Shown here: one piece after another, positions 9,403 through 19,740 of the stretch
Numbering within the stretch: position 1 is the first letter of the stretch
How the letters are laid out: every line of letters starts with the position of its first letter
Origin: Candidatus Latescibacterota bacterium
GTDB lineage: Bacteria > Latescibacterota > UBA2968 > UBA8231
Reading direction: 5' to 3'
DNA length: 64,000 bases
Assembly (NCBI GenBank): GCA_965203175.1
Contig: OZ241867.1
Location: forward strand, 3,712,001 to 3,776,000
Translations under genes and position numbers: made by a program
Notes under the pieces: generated by a model
What the model was told of the DNA's origin: nothing
Seen by the model: the letters and a program-made list of their open reading frames with translations, nothing else
Database searches by the model: none

Positions 9403-9960
9403 ATGAGTACACCTATTGAAGGCAAGGTCGCCGCCATTATCGACGATACAACCTTGGTGCTCAACGTCGGTAGCGCGCAGGGCGTCCAGGAGGGCATGGC
9501 CTTTGCCATTTTCGCCTCGCACGGGGAGATTGAGGACCCGGACAGTGGGCAGTCGCTGGGCCGCTGGGAAGCGGTCAAGGCGCGGGTGGTCGTCACGCAT
9601 GTGCAGGAGCGCCTGTGTACAGTGCGCGCTCCGGTGGTAGGCGAGGCACCGGTGGTAGGCGACACCCGGCCGTTAAGTGCGATGATGGTCGAGCACTCGG
9701 TGGCCCGCGCCCCGGGCCAAGAGCAGTGGCAGCGGCTGGAGGTGCGGGGGACCGATGTCCGGGGACGACCCCAGAACCAGCCTATTGCCGTGGGTGACGG
9801 AGCGCGGTCGCTGACGGCGACTGAGGACGATGCGGGCAAGTCGGCGGCTGAGGACGATGAGAGTAAGCCTACGGCTGAGGACGATGAGAGTAAGCCTACG
9901 GCCGCGGACGATGCGAGCAAGCCTGCAACAGAGGACGATGCGGGCAAGTCAAACGATTAG
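9403..9960 (+). CDS. hypothetical protein, FlgT C-terminal-like beta domain with acidic repeat tail
   Basis: AGGAG SD; KVAAII...LNVGSAQGVQEGMAFAIF motif; C-terminal AEDDESKPT repeats. Confidence 0.7.
   Translation: MSTPIEGKVAAIIDDTTLVLNVGSAQGVQEGMAFAIFASHGEIEDPDSGQSLGRWEAVKARVVVTHVQERLCTVRAPVVGEAPVVGDTRPLSAMMVEHSVARAPGQEQWQRLEVRGTDVRGRPQNQPIAVGDGARSLTATEDDAGKSAAEDDESKPTAEDDESKPTAADDASKPATEDDAGKSND
9821..9950 (+). repeat. 27-bp tandem repeat, about 4.8 copies
   Basis: Unit ctgaggacgatg(a/c)g(a/g)g(t/c)aag(c/t)c...; copies start at 9821, 9848, 9875, 9902, 9929; copies 2 and 3 identical. Confidence 0.9.
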
Positions 9961-10438
9961 AGCCGCGCTAGCCGCGCTCTGTATCGGAGGATGCGCTTAC
10001 TACTCGACCTCCGGCGGCCTGCTGGGCGGCATCCGCAGCATTGGCATACCCGTGGCCGACAACCAGACCGCGGAATTTGCCGTGGCCGAGCGCCTAACTG
10101 AACTCGCTATTGATGCCTACGCCGAGGATGGCCAGTTGCGGGTCGTTGACGAAGAAAGCGCCGATGCCCTCTTGCAGCTCAACGTGATCTCGGTTGAGGA
10201 CCGCCCCCATATCTATACGACGGCCGAGCAGACCGAACAGTACCGGTTTGTGGTCTTGGTGGCAGCCGAGTTGATAAGGGTGGAGGATGGGGAGGTGTTG
10301 TTGTCGTTAGCCGAGCTAGAAGGATGGGGGACCTATGACGCAGCGTCGTCCGAGGAAGAGGGGCGAGATCCAGCGGTAGAGGGGGCGCTGGACATGGTGC
10401 TAGAGGAATTGGTGGATCGGACGACGGCGGGGTGGTAG
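9938..10438 (+). CDS. lptE: LptE-like LPS assembly lipoprotein
   Basis: Signal peptide with lipobox IGGC, then YST...IRSIGIPVADNQT...ADALL pattern typical of FCB-type LptE; start taken at the last repeat ATG. Confidence 0.65.
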   Translation: MRASQTIRAALAALCIGGCAYYSTSGGLLGGIRSIGIPVADNQTAEFAVAERLTELAIDAYAEDGQLRVVDEESADALLQLNVISVEDRPHIYTTAEQTEQYRFVVLVAAELIRVEDGEVLLSLAELEGWGTYDAASSEEEGRDPAVEGALDMVLEELVDRTTAGW

Positions 10439-10454
10439 CCAGTCCACGGCGAAA

Positions 10455-12149
10455 TCAATCAGCATCCGTTTTCCTTCCCACGACAAAGATCACTACGACA
10501 ACGAGGCATAGCCCCACGGCTAGGCCGGTGGTCGGCGACCACAGCAGGGTGCTGCCCAAGTAGCCGCATAGCCCGGCGATCGTCATCGTCGTCAGGGCGT
10601 AGGGTATCTGGGTGCGAACGTGGGCTAGGTGGTCGCAGGCGGCGGCAATGCTAGAGAGGACGGTGGTGTCGCTGATGGGGGAGCAATGGTCGCCGAAGAT
10701 CGCGCCGTCCAATACCGCGGCGGCGACGAGGACCGTCAGCGCCAGACCGCCTAGGTCGTAGGCTACTGGCACCATGGTCGGCAAGAGCACGGCCATGGTC
10801 GTCCACGAGGTGCCGATGGAGAAGGCGACCACCGCGGCGAGTAGGAAGACGAGGAGGGGAAGGAAGTGCGGATCGAGGAAGCCGGAGAGCGCACCGACGA
10901 TATAGGCCGAAGTCTCAACGGCCTCGCAGGTTTCCTTAATCGCCCAGGCCAAGATCAAGATCACCAGCGCATAGGAAAAGCCCGTAATGCCGCTCGCCCA
11001 AGTCTTGCAGACTTCCACTAGGCCGAGCGGGCGTCTAGGGCTTGCCTCCTCGCGGCGGGTTAGGGCCAAGACCGCTGCCAGTACCGAGCCAGCTAAAGCG
11101 GATAGGAACATCACTTTGGCTCCGTCGGCGTGGGAGAAAACCTGAGTCCAGTAGAGCCGGGCGAAAAAGCCGTGTTCGGCGCGGGCGGCCACCACGGCCG
11201 GTGCTTGGCTGGCGTCTAGGTGCATTCCGCCGAGAACGCCAGCGACGACGAGGAGGACGGGGCCTGCGGCCACGGCCCAATGAGCGCGGAGGCTGGGGTG
11301 CTCGGGGAGTTGGGAGGCGTCTCCGGTCATCGGGCGGTGGCCCGGTGCGAGGACTTGGCCCGTTCGCCGGGCGCGGCGCTCGGCTTTGAGCATGGGGCCA
11401 AAATCGCGGCCAGCTATGGTAGAGAACAGCACGAAAGTCAGCGTTAGCAGGCAATAGAAGCGGGCCGGCAGGGCGCGGAAGAACAGTTCGTAACCGGAGA
11501 TACCCGCGCCGACTTGCTCCATGGCGCTGTCGAACAGGCCCACCTCAAAGCCGATCCAGGTGCTGACGACGGCGATGCCAGCTACGGGGGCAGCGGTGGA
11601 ATCGACGAGAAAGGCCAGCTTTTCGCGCGAGATGCGGAAGCGATCGGCGATGGGGCGCATGGTGGTACCGACGACGAGTGTGTTGGCGTAATCGTCGAAG
11701 AAGACCGCCAGCCCCAGTAGCGCGGTGGCCAGCCGAGCCGAGCGCACACCAGCGGCTCGGGCGACTAACAGGTCGGCAATGCCTCGGGTGCCGCCGGCCA
11801 GCGAGATGACGCGCACCATGCCAATGAGCGAGGCGGTGAAGCCGAGGATGAAGAGTTGAAAGGAGTCGCGCAGCGGGACCCAAACAAAATCTAGGAGGGC
11901 ACGCTCTAAACCGCGGAACGGGATCGCGTAGAGTGGAACATCTGACGGCAGGGAGATGAACGCACCGCCGACGATTGCCAACCCTAGTCCCAAGATCAGG
12001 CGGCCGGTGGCGACGGCGATGAGGATGGCTGCGGCGGGCGGAAAAAGGCTCAGTCCGCTCGTTGAGCCTTGATCGGGCAAGAGCAGCGCACCGAGCAGAG
12101 CCGCGCCTAGCGCTAGCACTAGGCGGAGAAAGGGAAAGGCGGAGCGCAC
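10455..12149 (-). CDS. NhaC-family Na+/H+ antiporter-like transporter
   Basis: FFDDYAN, VDSTAAP, FSIGTSW, GDHCSPISDTTVLSS, HVRTQIPY. Confidence 0.9.
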   Translation of the reverse strand: MRSAFPFLRLVLALGAALLGALLLPDQGSTSGLSLFPPAAAILIAVATGRLILGLGLAIVGGAFISLPSDVPLYAIPFRGLERALLDFVWVPLRDSFQLFILGFTASLIGMVRVISLAGGTRGIADLLVARAAGVRSARLATALLGLAVFFDDYANTLVVGTTMRPIADRFRISREKLAFLVDSTAAPVAGIAVVSTWIGFEVGLFDSAMEQVGAGISGYELFFRALPARFYCLLTLTFVLFSTIAGRDFGPMLKAERRARRTGQVLAPGHRPMTGDASQLPEHPSLRAHWAVAAGPVLLVVAGVLGGMHLDASQAPAVVAARAEHGFFARLYWTQVFSHADGAKVMFLSALAGSVLAAVLALTRREEASPRRPLGLVEVCKTWASGITGFSYALVILILAWAIKETCEAVETSAYIVGALSGFLDPHFLPLLVFLLAAVVAFSIGTSWTTMAVLLPTMVPVAYDLGGLALTVLVAAAVLDGAIFGDHCSPISDTTVLSSIAAACDHLAHVRTQIPYALTTMTIAGLCGYLGSTLLWSPTTGLAVGLCLVVVVIFVVGRKTDAD

Positions 12150-12150
12150 C

Positions 12151-14025
12151 TCAGGCGTCTTGCGGCGGGGATTCGACCTCGCTGGTAGGGACGGTGGACA
12201 TTTCCAGCTTAAAGGCCAGCAGATACATCATAAAACAGCCGATGATCCACCAGGCGATCTGCCATATCCACAGCGAGGGAATCCCCAAGGGCCATTGGGT
12301 GGGGTCGGTCTGATTGCCAAGGACGGCAAAGGGGCCGATAGCACAGAGGAACCAGACTATCGTCAAAATCCAGACCGGCGTTTTCCATTTCTTTTTGGCC
12401 TCGGGCAGAGCCGTATGCTCTTTGAGAAAGTGGTGGTAGCGATCGCGGTGGGCCAGATGGTTGGCTTCCTTGGGCTGAGTGAAAAAACTGACGACGATGA
12501 CAGTGCCCATGTTAAAGAGGATACCCCAACCAGCGCTATGGAGTGTGAGCGGATAGCGGCCAATGCCGATGAGTCCGCCTAGCTCGGTTATGTAGGTGAA
12601 GGTAACGGCGATGAGTCCGGCGATGAGTCCGGCGACGATGGCCTTGGGAGTGAAGAAGCGGATGTAGCAGATGCCCAAAAGCGCTGGCCACATTTGGAAT
12701 CCATACGAAACGGCCAGCCCTCCGAGTAAGACGAGCAGGTCGCCGGAGGCTAAGCCGACTAGCAGGGCTAGGCTGACGACGACCGCCACAGTCAAGCGGC
12801 CGACAAAGACTTGGGCCGAATGCGATGCCTCTTTGTTGAAGAAATGGCGGTAGAGGTCGCGGGTGATAATGCCGCTGGCCGTGGACATATAGGCGGCCCC
12901 GGTCGATTGCATTGCGGCTAGCGCGCAAACGGCCAAAAGCCCCAAGAGAAAGGGAAAGCTGCCGGCTAAGGTGTCGATTAGGTAGGGAACCAAGTGGTCG
13001 GATGCGGGCAGGCCGAGGGGTTTAGTCCCTGGGATCAGTTCCATATCGAGCAGCCGGACGCCCAGCCCTTGGAAGGCGGTAAAAAAGAACAAGATGCCGC
13101 CGATGACCAGCGAAGAGGCGAAAACCTGTTGCCAGGGAAAAGGCCGAGGGTCGCGGTTGGCAAAAGCCCACATTGAAAAGGCCGGAGCCGACTGGATGCC
13201 CATCAAGGCGAACATATAGGTCAGGATCATCAGGCCGGTCCAAGGACCGCCTTGGGCGTCGAAAAACAGGGTGCCGACTCGTTCAAAAAAGGAGTCTGAC
13301 TCCGGCCGGGTCGGAATGGCGACCATATCGGGTTTTTGCTGGGCGAGGGCGGCCAATCCCCCCTTGAAGGCCGTCCAGCCGCCGACCAAGTCGAGGGCAA
13401 TAAAGCCGAGGACGACGATGCCGAAAGCCAAAAGGATGCACTGGGCGCAGTCCACGTAGGCGACCGAGCGCAACCCGCCGGATGCTACGTAGATAAAGAC
13501 GATGACCGAGAGCACAATGGCCCCTCCTTCGACAGAGCCGATGAAGCTGCCCTCCAGCGGCGTGCCGGTCGTCAGACGGTTGAACAGCAAGCCCGATGCT
13601 TTGAGTTGGATTCCGAGATAGGGTACGCTGAAGACGAGCGCGACGATGACGGTGAGGAAGCGCATCGCATCCGTGCGGTAGTAGTCGCTGAACATCTCGC
13701 CCGGCGTGATATAGCCAAAGCGCTGGCCCAAAAGCCACTGGCGCTTGAGGAACAACACCCCGGTAAAAGGGATGGTGATGGCGTAGAAGGAGGCAAAGGC
13801 GTAGGGCAGGCCGACGTTGTAGATGGTGCCGGGGTGGCCGACAAAGGTCCAGCCGCTAAAGGAGGTAGCGGTGGCGGCCAGCACAAAAACCCACAGGCCG
13901 ATGCCGCGACCGGCGATAAAGTAATCCGATGCCGTCTTAGCCCGGCGAGCTCCTTTAACGCCCCAGAAGATGCAGTACGACCAATAGCCGACGGTAAAGA
14001 GCAGTAGCCAGACCAGTTTTTCCAT
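12151..14025 (-). CDS. sodium:solute symporter (SSS family)
   Basis: DYFIAGR, ATSFSGWTFVGHPG, GGLRSVAYVD, AAMQST...RDLY. Confidence 0.92.
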   Translation of the reverse strand: MEKLVWLLLFTVGYWSYCIFWGVKGARRAKTASDYFIAGRGIGLWVFVLAATATSFSGWTFVGHPGTIYNVGLPYAFASFYAITIPFTGVLFLKRQWLLGQRFGYITPGEMFSDYYRTDAMRFLTVIVALVFSVPYLGIQLKASGLLFNRLTTGTPLEGSFIGSVEGGAIVLSVIVFIYVASGGLRSVAYVDCAQCILLAFGIVVLGFIALDLVGGWTAFKGGLAALAQQKPDMVAIPTRPESDSFFERVGTLFFDAQGGPWTGLMILTYMFALMGIQSAPAFSMWAFANRDPRPFPWQQVFASSLVIGGILFFFTAFQGLGVRLLDMELIPGTKPLGLPASDHLVPYLIDTLAGSFPFLLGLLAVCALAAMQSTGAAYMSTASGIITRDLYRHFFNKEASHSAQVFVGRLTVAVVVSLALLVGLASGDLLVLLGGLAVSYGFQMWPALLGICYIRFFTPKAIVAGLIAGLIAVTFTYITELGGLIGIGRYPLTLHSAGWGILFNMGTVIVVSFFTQPKEANHLAHRDRYHHFLKEHTALPEAKKKWKTPVWILTIVWFLCAIGPFAVLGNQTDPTQWPLGIPSLWIWQIAWWIIGCFMMYLLAFKLEMSTVPTSEVESPPQDA

Positions 14026-14028
14026 GAG

Positions 14029-14943
14029 TTAGTCGGAAAGTTCCAACCCCAAATCGAAGACCATGTTGGTGATCTTCCACGAGCCGGAGCGGCGGCTCAG
14101 CGTCCAGAACACGTAGCGCTCCTTGTCGTGTTTGGCTGGCCCTTTGACGTGCTCGACGGCCACTTTTTCGCGCGTGACGGCCAAGGCTTCGTCGCCGGTA
14201 GGGCCTATGGCTGTGTGGAGCACTTTGCGGTCGAGGTCGTACTGCACGTAGGGCAGTCGCTTGTCGAGCCACTTTTCTAGTTCCTCGCTGCCGCTGAAGG
14301 CGATTTTGTAGGAGGCTGGTTTGAAAGTGCCCAAGGCGTCATAGCCAGTGAAGTTGGCATCGAAGAAGCCGAGGATGCCGCTTCCGGCTTCCCACGCTTG
14401 ACTTTCGCGCTGCAACAGCTCGGTGATCTCGCCGTTGGCGGTCGCGCCGGCCGCGGGCAAGAGCGTATCGCCCAAATCTGCGACCATACCCGTGGCCAGC
14501 CAGTCGTCCTCTTCCTTGAGGAAGGTCCAGAAGCGGTGGACGACAAGTGGCTTGGCCTCGCTAGTCTGGCGATCGACGACGCGCCCGGAGTCCACGCTGG
14601 TGGCAATGGCGTGGGTTGTGCGCACCGCGATAAAGGGAACCGTGCGCGTGACCTCGTAGCGCTGAGCGCTGAGATCCGCCGCTAGCTGGCTGGCGAACGC
14701 ATCGCGGTTTTCGTGCAGGACCGTCCAAGCGCGAGGGTCGCCATTGTCATGGCCCTCATAGGCGACGAAGTGCGGGTGATACGCCTTGAGGGCCAACTCG
14801 GCATCGGCCCGGCGATGCCCGGCGATGTCGTTGGCGAGGGCTTGGCGGATGAGGAGGGTCTCGGGCGTTTCGCCAGCGCGGCTGGGTGCGGCAAATGGCG
14901 GCAGGGCCAAGAGAACGAACAACAGGCAGATTGCATTTTGCAT
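14029..14943 (-). CDS. secreted protein with two tandem NTF2/SnoaL-like domains
   Basis: Signal peptide; two halves ending WTFLKEEDDWLA and WTLSRRSGSWKI. Confidence 0.6.
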   Translation of the reverse strand: MQNAICLLFVLLALPPFAAPSRAGETPETLLIRQALANDIAGHRRADAELALKAYHPHFVAYEGHDNGDPRAWTVLHENRDAFASQLAADLSAQRYEVTRTVPFIAVRTTHAIATSVDSGRVVDRQTSEAKPLVVHRFWTFLKEEDDWLATGMVADLGDTLLPAAGATANGEITELLQRESQAWEAGSGILGFFDANFTGYDALGTFKPASYKIAFSGSEELEKWLDKRLPYVQYDLDRKVLHTAIGPTGDEALAVTREKVAVEHVKGPAKHDKERYVFWTLSRRSGSWKITNMVFDLGLELSD

Positions 14944-14966
14944 GGCGCGAAAAGGGGGGGTTAGGG

Positions 14967-16181
14967 TCAACTCGATCCGAGCTGACCTAAGGCCCACTCG
15001 GCGTAGTAGGAAACGGTAGTGTCGCTGTCATGGCGCAATTTTTCGAGCTGAGCGCGGCTTTGATCGCCGCCGATGTGGCCGAGGGCAATGGCCACATTGG
15101 CTCGCACATCAGCGACCTCGTCCATGGTGGCTGCCAGCAGGGCGCTGAGGGCGGATTGTACCCGCGCTTGGCCCAAGACTTGAGCGGCGCCCGCGCGGGC
15201 GAGCGGATCCTCATCGCTGAGGGCAGCTATGAGTTGCGATTCGACTGCGCCTGATTGTTGCTGGACATTGGTGAGAAACTTGACGGCATTGGCGCGGAGG
15301 ATGGAGTCGGTGTTGCGCAGGGCCTCAAAGAGGAATTCAATGCCCCGGCTGCTCTCCATGGTGGCTAGGGCAGCGGCCGTGCTGAAGCGCACCTGATTGC
15401 TGGGATCTTCCAGCAGATCAGCTAGGGCGGACGCCGTGCTCTCGTCGCCGATGTAGCCGAGAGCTTGCGCGGCGCGCTGGCGGTGGACCGGCTCTTCGGC
15501 CTCTAACTGGGTGATGAGCTGGTCTTTGACCTTGGCTATCACCGAGCGCAGCGCAGCTTGGTGAGGACCGGTGTGGTCGCTCAACTCCACGAGCAGCGGG
15601 ACGCCGAAGTAGCCGGATTCCTCTAGCCCTTGCAGGGCGGTTTGGGCTAACTCTGGGTCGCCGTTGGCTAGGGCTGCTTCGATTTCACTGGTGCCGAGCT
15701 CGTCGTCCATCTTGAGTAGGGCAATAGCCGCATGGATGCGGATGATGGGGTCTTCGTCTTCGAGCTGGACTTTGGCTGCATCCACGCCCGCTTGGACGTA
15801 GCCGACTTGGCCCATGGCCCACAGGCAGGCGATGCGCTCGCGATCCGTGTAAGCGGTGGTGATCCGGTCCTTGAGCGCGGCCGTGGCTCCGCGCGGCTTG
15901 ATGTGGCCTAGGGCTCGGGCGCAGCCGATGCGGAGCTTTTCCTGTTCGTCGCGGAACTCGCGGTAGTTCTCGCCGAGGTACAGGTCGGGGTTAAGGCGGG
16001 CAATGAGCTGGCGGGCCGCTGGCCGGCCAATGGCGGCCAATTCGTCGATGGATTGCTGATAGGCGGGCGAATCCACTGGGTTGGCGGCCATCTGTTCTAG
16101 GAGCTCGACGACCTGCTCTTCAGTGGTGCTACAGGCGCTGAGGCCCAGTAGAAGCAGACAGGTTAGGCGCTTGGCGATCAT
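14967..16181 (-). CDS. HEAT-repeat lipoprotein
   Basis: Lipobox LSAC; repeated LxDxxxxVRxxAAxALG units. Confidence 0.85.
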   Translation of the reverse strand: MIAKRLTCLLLLGLSACSTTEEQVVELLEQMAANPVDSPAYQQSIDELAAIGRPAARQLIARLNPDLYLGENYREFRDEQEKLRIGCARALGHIKPRGATAALKDRITTAYTDRERIACLWAMGQVGYVQAGVDAAKVQLEDEDPIIRIHAAIALLKMDDELGTSEIEAALANGDPELAQTALQGLEESGYFGVPLLVELSDHTGPHQAALRSVIAKVKDQLITQLEAEEPVHRQRAAQALGYIGDESTASALADLLEDPSNQVRFSTAAALATMESSRGIEFLFEALRNTDSILRANAVKFLTNVQQQSGAVESQLIAALSDEDPLARAGAAQVLGQARVQSALSALLAATMDEVADVRANVAIALGHIGGDQSRAQLEKLRHDSDTTVSYYAEWALGQLGSS

Positions 16182-16241
16182 GGTTTATGGCGGGTTAGAG
16201 GTGGCAGAATGCGGATAAGGTAAGCCGTGAGACACCATAAA

Positions 16242-18479
16242 TCAATTCTTGGATGCTGCGCCCGGCTGCCCTTCCGCCACGACAAATACCTGAGGCGTCG
16301 TCCAAGTCACCGTGTGATTGGCCAAACTTTGCTCAAAGAACTTGCGCACCTGCCGCAGTTCACCTTCGTCGAGATGCTGGATCAGATGGTGGGCGTACGT
16401 GTGCCGCTTTTCGCCGCCGGGATTGAACCAGTGCGCAAGATGGCGTGGTTCGATGTGCCGCTGCGATTGGACCGCTTCCACCCGCACCTGCACCGCAGCA
16501 AAGCCCGCGGTCGCGAACATTTGTTCGAGATCTGCGGCATCCCAGTTGACTCGCGGGTTGTCGGGCGCGGCGTAGATGGCCTCTTCGGCGGCGACGAGGC
16601 GCTCGCCTAAGTCGCCTAGTTGCTGTAAGTCGAGTAGCTGGTACAAACGCTGTGACCGACGTGCGAGGGTCTCGACCAAGCTGATGCGGCCTTGTGGGGT
16701 GAGGTGGCGATAGAGGGCCGCGATGACTTCGGCCTTGTGCGCTAGCGCGCCGAGGGCATTGCGCCCGACGATGGCGTCAAAGAGGATGTCGGGGTTGTGG
16801 TCGGCGATCTGGTCGGCGAGGGTGGTAAGCGGGCCTTGCAGCACTTGGGGTCGCTCGATTTCGGCTAGGTGGGCGGAAGTTTCGTGCAGAGCCACGGCCG
16901 CGATCTTGTCGCTGGTGTGCGCCCAGACGCCGCCTTCGGGCACGTGCCGCAGGGCTTCCCAAGTGAGCAGACCCGTGCTGGCCTCCAAGTCGAGGACGAG
17001 GTGGTGGCGCGCGAGCACAAGCGGAGCGAAGAGGCGTTGGCGCGTGCGTTCTAGTTGGGCGCTAACGTCGCCGCTGGCGCGTTTGAGCCACTGGTCGCGC
17101 GCTTGGTCGGGCGGGGATAGGGACAGCACCTCGGTCGGGATGGATTCTGCTTCGCGCATGGCCGCGAGCTGTAGCTCGCGGCGTTGGCGGACGCGGTCGC
17201 CGATGTCTTTTTCTTGGCCTTGGTCCGAGGGCTGGTAGAAGATGCGGCCCTGCAGACCAGCAGGCAGGTACTGCTGGGCAACCCAGTGCTCGCGGTAGGC
17301 GTGGGGATAGAGATAGCCGGCGCCGTGGCCAAAGCCCTCGCTGTCGCGGCTGGCGTCTTTGAGGTGATTGGGCACCTCGCCTTCGCGCTCTTTTTCCACG
17401 ACTGCCAGCGCGTCGAAGAAAGCCATAGTCGAGTTGCTCTTGGGCGCGGTGGCCAAGTACAAGGCGGCGTGGGCCAGTGGAAAGCGCCCCTCGGGCAGGC
17501 CGATGCGGTCGAAGGATTCAGCCGCGGCGATGACGACCTGAAGGGCGCGATCGTCGGCGAGGCCAACGTCCTCGCTGGCGAAGATGAGCATGCGGCGGAA
17601 GAGGAAGCGCGGGTCTTCGCCGGCGTACACCATCCGCGCCAGCCAATAGAGGGTGGCGTCTGGGTCCGAGCCGCGCATAGACTTGATGAAGGCGCTGATG
17701 GCGTCGAAGTGGTAGTCGCCTTCCTTGTCGTAGAGCAGGGCACGACGCTGGATGGACTCCTCGGCTACTGCTAGGTCGACGACGATCCGTCCTTGGGTGT
17801 CTGGATCGGTGGTTTCGACTGCCAGTTCCAGGGCGTTGAGCAGGGCGCGGGCGTCTCCGTTAGCTACGTCGATCAGGTGGGCGAGGGCGTCGGGGTGCAG
17901 ACCGACGCGGAGATGGTCGTAGCCGCGCGAGTCGGTAAGTGCCTGCTGGGCGATGTGCGCAAGGGCTTCGGAACTAAGGCCCTGTAGCTGAAAAACCCGG
18001 CTGCGCGAGAGCAGGGGGCGATTGACCGAGAAGTAGGGATTCTCCGTGGTTGCGCCGATGAGGATGATGGTGCCGTTTTCGACCCAAGGCAGGAGTGCGT
18101 CTTGCTGGGCTTTGTTGAAGCGGTGGACCTCGTCGATAAAGAGAATGGTTTTGCGGCTGTGCAGCTTGCGCAACTGGCCGGCTTCATCGACGGCTTGGCG
18201 GATGTCGGCGACCCCGGCCAAGACAGCGTTGATGGAGATAAAATGGGCGCTGGTGGTGTGGGCAATGACCGCGGCGAGCGTGGTTTTGCCCGTGCCGGGC
18301 GGGCCGTAGAAAATCAGCGAGGAGAGCTGGTCGGCCTCAATGGCGCGCCGCAGCAGGCGACCCGGCCCGAGAATGTGGTCTTGGCCGACGTATTCGTCTA
18401 AGGTGCGCGGTCGCAGGCGAGCGGCTAGGGGTTGATCCGCCGCTTGGCGATCCCGCAGTCCGGCGTCGAAGAGATCCAT
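16242..18479 (-). CDS. rarA: replication-associated recombination protein RarA/MgsA with C-terminal methyltransferase-like domain
   Basis: [51 protein letters not shown]; extra ~300-aa C-terminus with VLDLEASTG. Confidence 0.9.
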   Translation of the reverse strand: MDLFDAGLRDRQAADQPLAARLRPRTLDEYVGQDHILGPGRLLRRAIEADQLSSLIFYGPPGTGKTTLAAVIAHTTSAHFISINAVLAGVADIRQAVDEAGQLRKLHSRKTILFIDEVHRFNKAQQDALLPWVENGTIILIGATTENPYFSVNRPLLSRSRVFQLQGLSSEALAHIAQQALTDSRGYDHLRVGLHPDALAHLIDVANGDARALLNALELAVETTDPDTQGRIVVDLAVAEESIQRRALLYDKEGDYHFDAISAFIKSMRGSDPDATLYWLARMVYAGEDPRFLFRRMLIFASEDVGLADDRALQVVIAAAESFDRIGLPEGRFPLAHAALYLATAPKSNSTMAFFDALAVVEKEREGEVPNHLKDASRDSEGFGHGAGYLYPHAYREHWVAQQYLPAGLQGRIFYQPSDQGQEKDIGDRVRQRRELQLAAMREAESIPTEVLSLSPPDQARDQWLKRASGDVSAQLERTRQRLFAPLVLARHHLVLDLEASTGLLTWEALRHVPEGGVWAHTSDKIAAVALHETSAHLAEIERPQVLQGPLTTLADQIADHNPDILFDAIVGRNALGALAHKAEVIAALYRHLTPQGRISLVETLARRSQRLYQLLDLQQLGDLGERLVAAEEAIYAAPDNPRVNWDAADLEQMFATAGFAAVQVRVEAVQSQRHIEPRHLAHWFNPGGEKRHTYAHHLIQHLDEGELRQVRKFFEQSLANHTVTWTTPQVFVVAEGQPGAASKN

Positions 18480-18618
18480 GCTTTCACCTCCGGGGAAAGA
18501 AGGCGCGGACTAAGAACATAACCACTCAGTTGAACCGCGCGAACCCTTATGCGCGTAGCGGCTAGGCCGACTCTTCTTTATGTTTTCTGAGAAAGCATTT
18601 TTACGCTGGAGAGACCGT

Positions 18619-19740
18619 GTGAAAATTACTCATTTGGAACTACATTCGGTGGCGGCGTCGCACCGCAGCAATTGGATCTTCGTGCAAGTTCACACCGACG
18701 CCGGGCTGAGCGGGCTGGGCGAAGCGAGCCAGAGCGGCAACGACGGCTTGGTCGCGGCCGCGCTGGAGCAACTGGGACCGCGGTTGGTAGGTGTGGACCC
18801 GACCCAAGTAGAGGTGTTGTGGGAGCAGATGGCGCGGGGATCGGCGATTTTCTCGGGAGACACCGGCCGCGTCGGGGCCACGGCGCGGAGCGCGATCGAC
18901 CAAGCGCTGTGGGACTTGGCTGGCAAGGCGCTCGGAGTACCGGCTTGGCGCCTGTTGGGCGGCAAGCGGCGCGACTCCGTGCGATTGTACGCCAATCTCA
19001 ATCGCGGCACCCGCGACCGCAGCACACAGGGGTTTGCCGATGCAGCGCGCCGAGCGGTTGATGCTGGTTTTAGCGCCGTCAAAAGTACGCCCTTTGACGA
19101 GGTGCATTGGCGGCGGATGGATCGCGGCGGGGTCGAGCGCGACGCGGATAAAGGGATCGCGCGGCTGGTGGCGACGCGGGAGGCCATTGGCGACGAAATC
19201 GAACTGCTGGTGGATTGCCATCAGCGCTTTGACTTGGCCTTGGCTTTTAAGGTGGCCGAAAAAGTGCGTCCGCTCGATCTTTACTGGTTTGAGGAGCCGG
19301 TGCCGCGCGACCAAGTCGATGCGCTGCGCCAGTTGCGGCTGCACTCGGGCCATACCATTGCCGGTGGAGAGTCGCTCGTCGGTCGCGAGGGGTTTTGGCC
19401 CTACATCGCCCAAGGAGCAGTGGATGTGCTAATGCCGGATGTCAAACACGCCGGCGGCATTACTGAATGCCGGCGCATTGCCGCGCTGGCCGAGATAGCG
19501 CAGATGCCGATTGCGCCCCACAGCCCGGCTGGTCCGGTATCGACGATGGCCGGGGTACACTTGGCGGCGACGGTTGCCAACTTCACGGTGCTCGAATACG
19601 CGTTTGGCGAGGTGGATTGGCGCGGCGAGTTGGTGCGTCCGGCAGAAACCATAATAGATGGCCACATTCGAGTGCCGGACGCGCCCGGCTTGGGGATTGA
19701 ACTCGACGAAGCGGTGCTTATGGCGCACCAGGTGCAATAA
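18619..19740 (+). CDS. mandelate racemase/galactonate dehydratase-like enolase superfamily enzyme
   Basis: SAIDQALWDLAGK, VDCH, WFEEP, GGES, MPDVKHAGGI, APHSP, PGLGIE; GTG start after GGAG. Confidence 0.88.
   Translation: MKITHLELHSVAASHRSNWIFVQVHTDAGLSGLGEASQSGNDGLVAAALEQLGPRLVGVDPTQVEVLWEQMARGSAIFSGDTGRVGATARSAIDQALWDLAGKALGVPAWRLLGGKRRDSVRLYANLNRGTRDRSTQGFADAARRAVDAGFSAVKSTPFDEVHWRRMDRGGVERDADKGIARLVATREAIGDEIELLVDCHQRFDLALAFKVAEKVRPLDLYWFEEPVPRDQVDALRQLRLHSGHTIAGGESLVGREGFWPYIAQGAVDVLMPDVKHAGGITECRRIAALAEIAQMPIAPHSPAGPVSTMAGVHLAATVANFTVLEYAFGEVDWRGELVRPAETIIDGHIRVPDAPGLGIELDEAVLMAHQVQ

Noticed and set aside
9821-9950. Possible CRISPR array
   Set aside because: Units are contiguous with no unique spacers, lie in coding frame, and there are no cas genes
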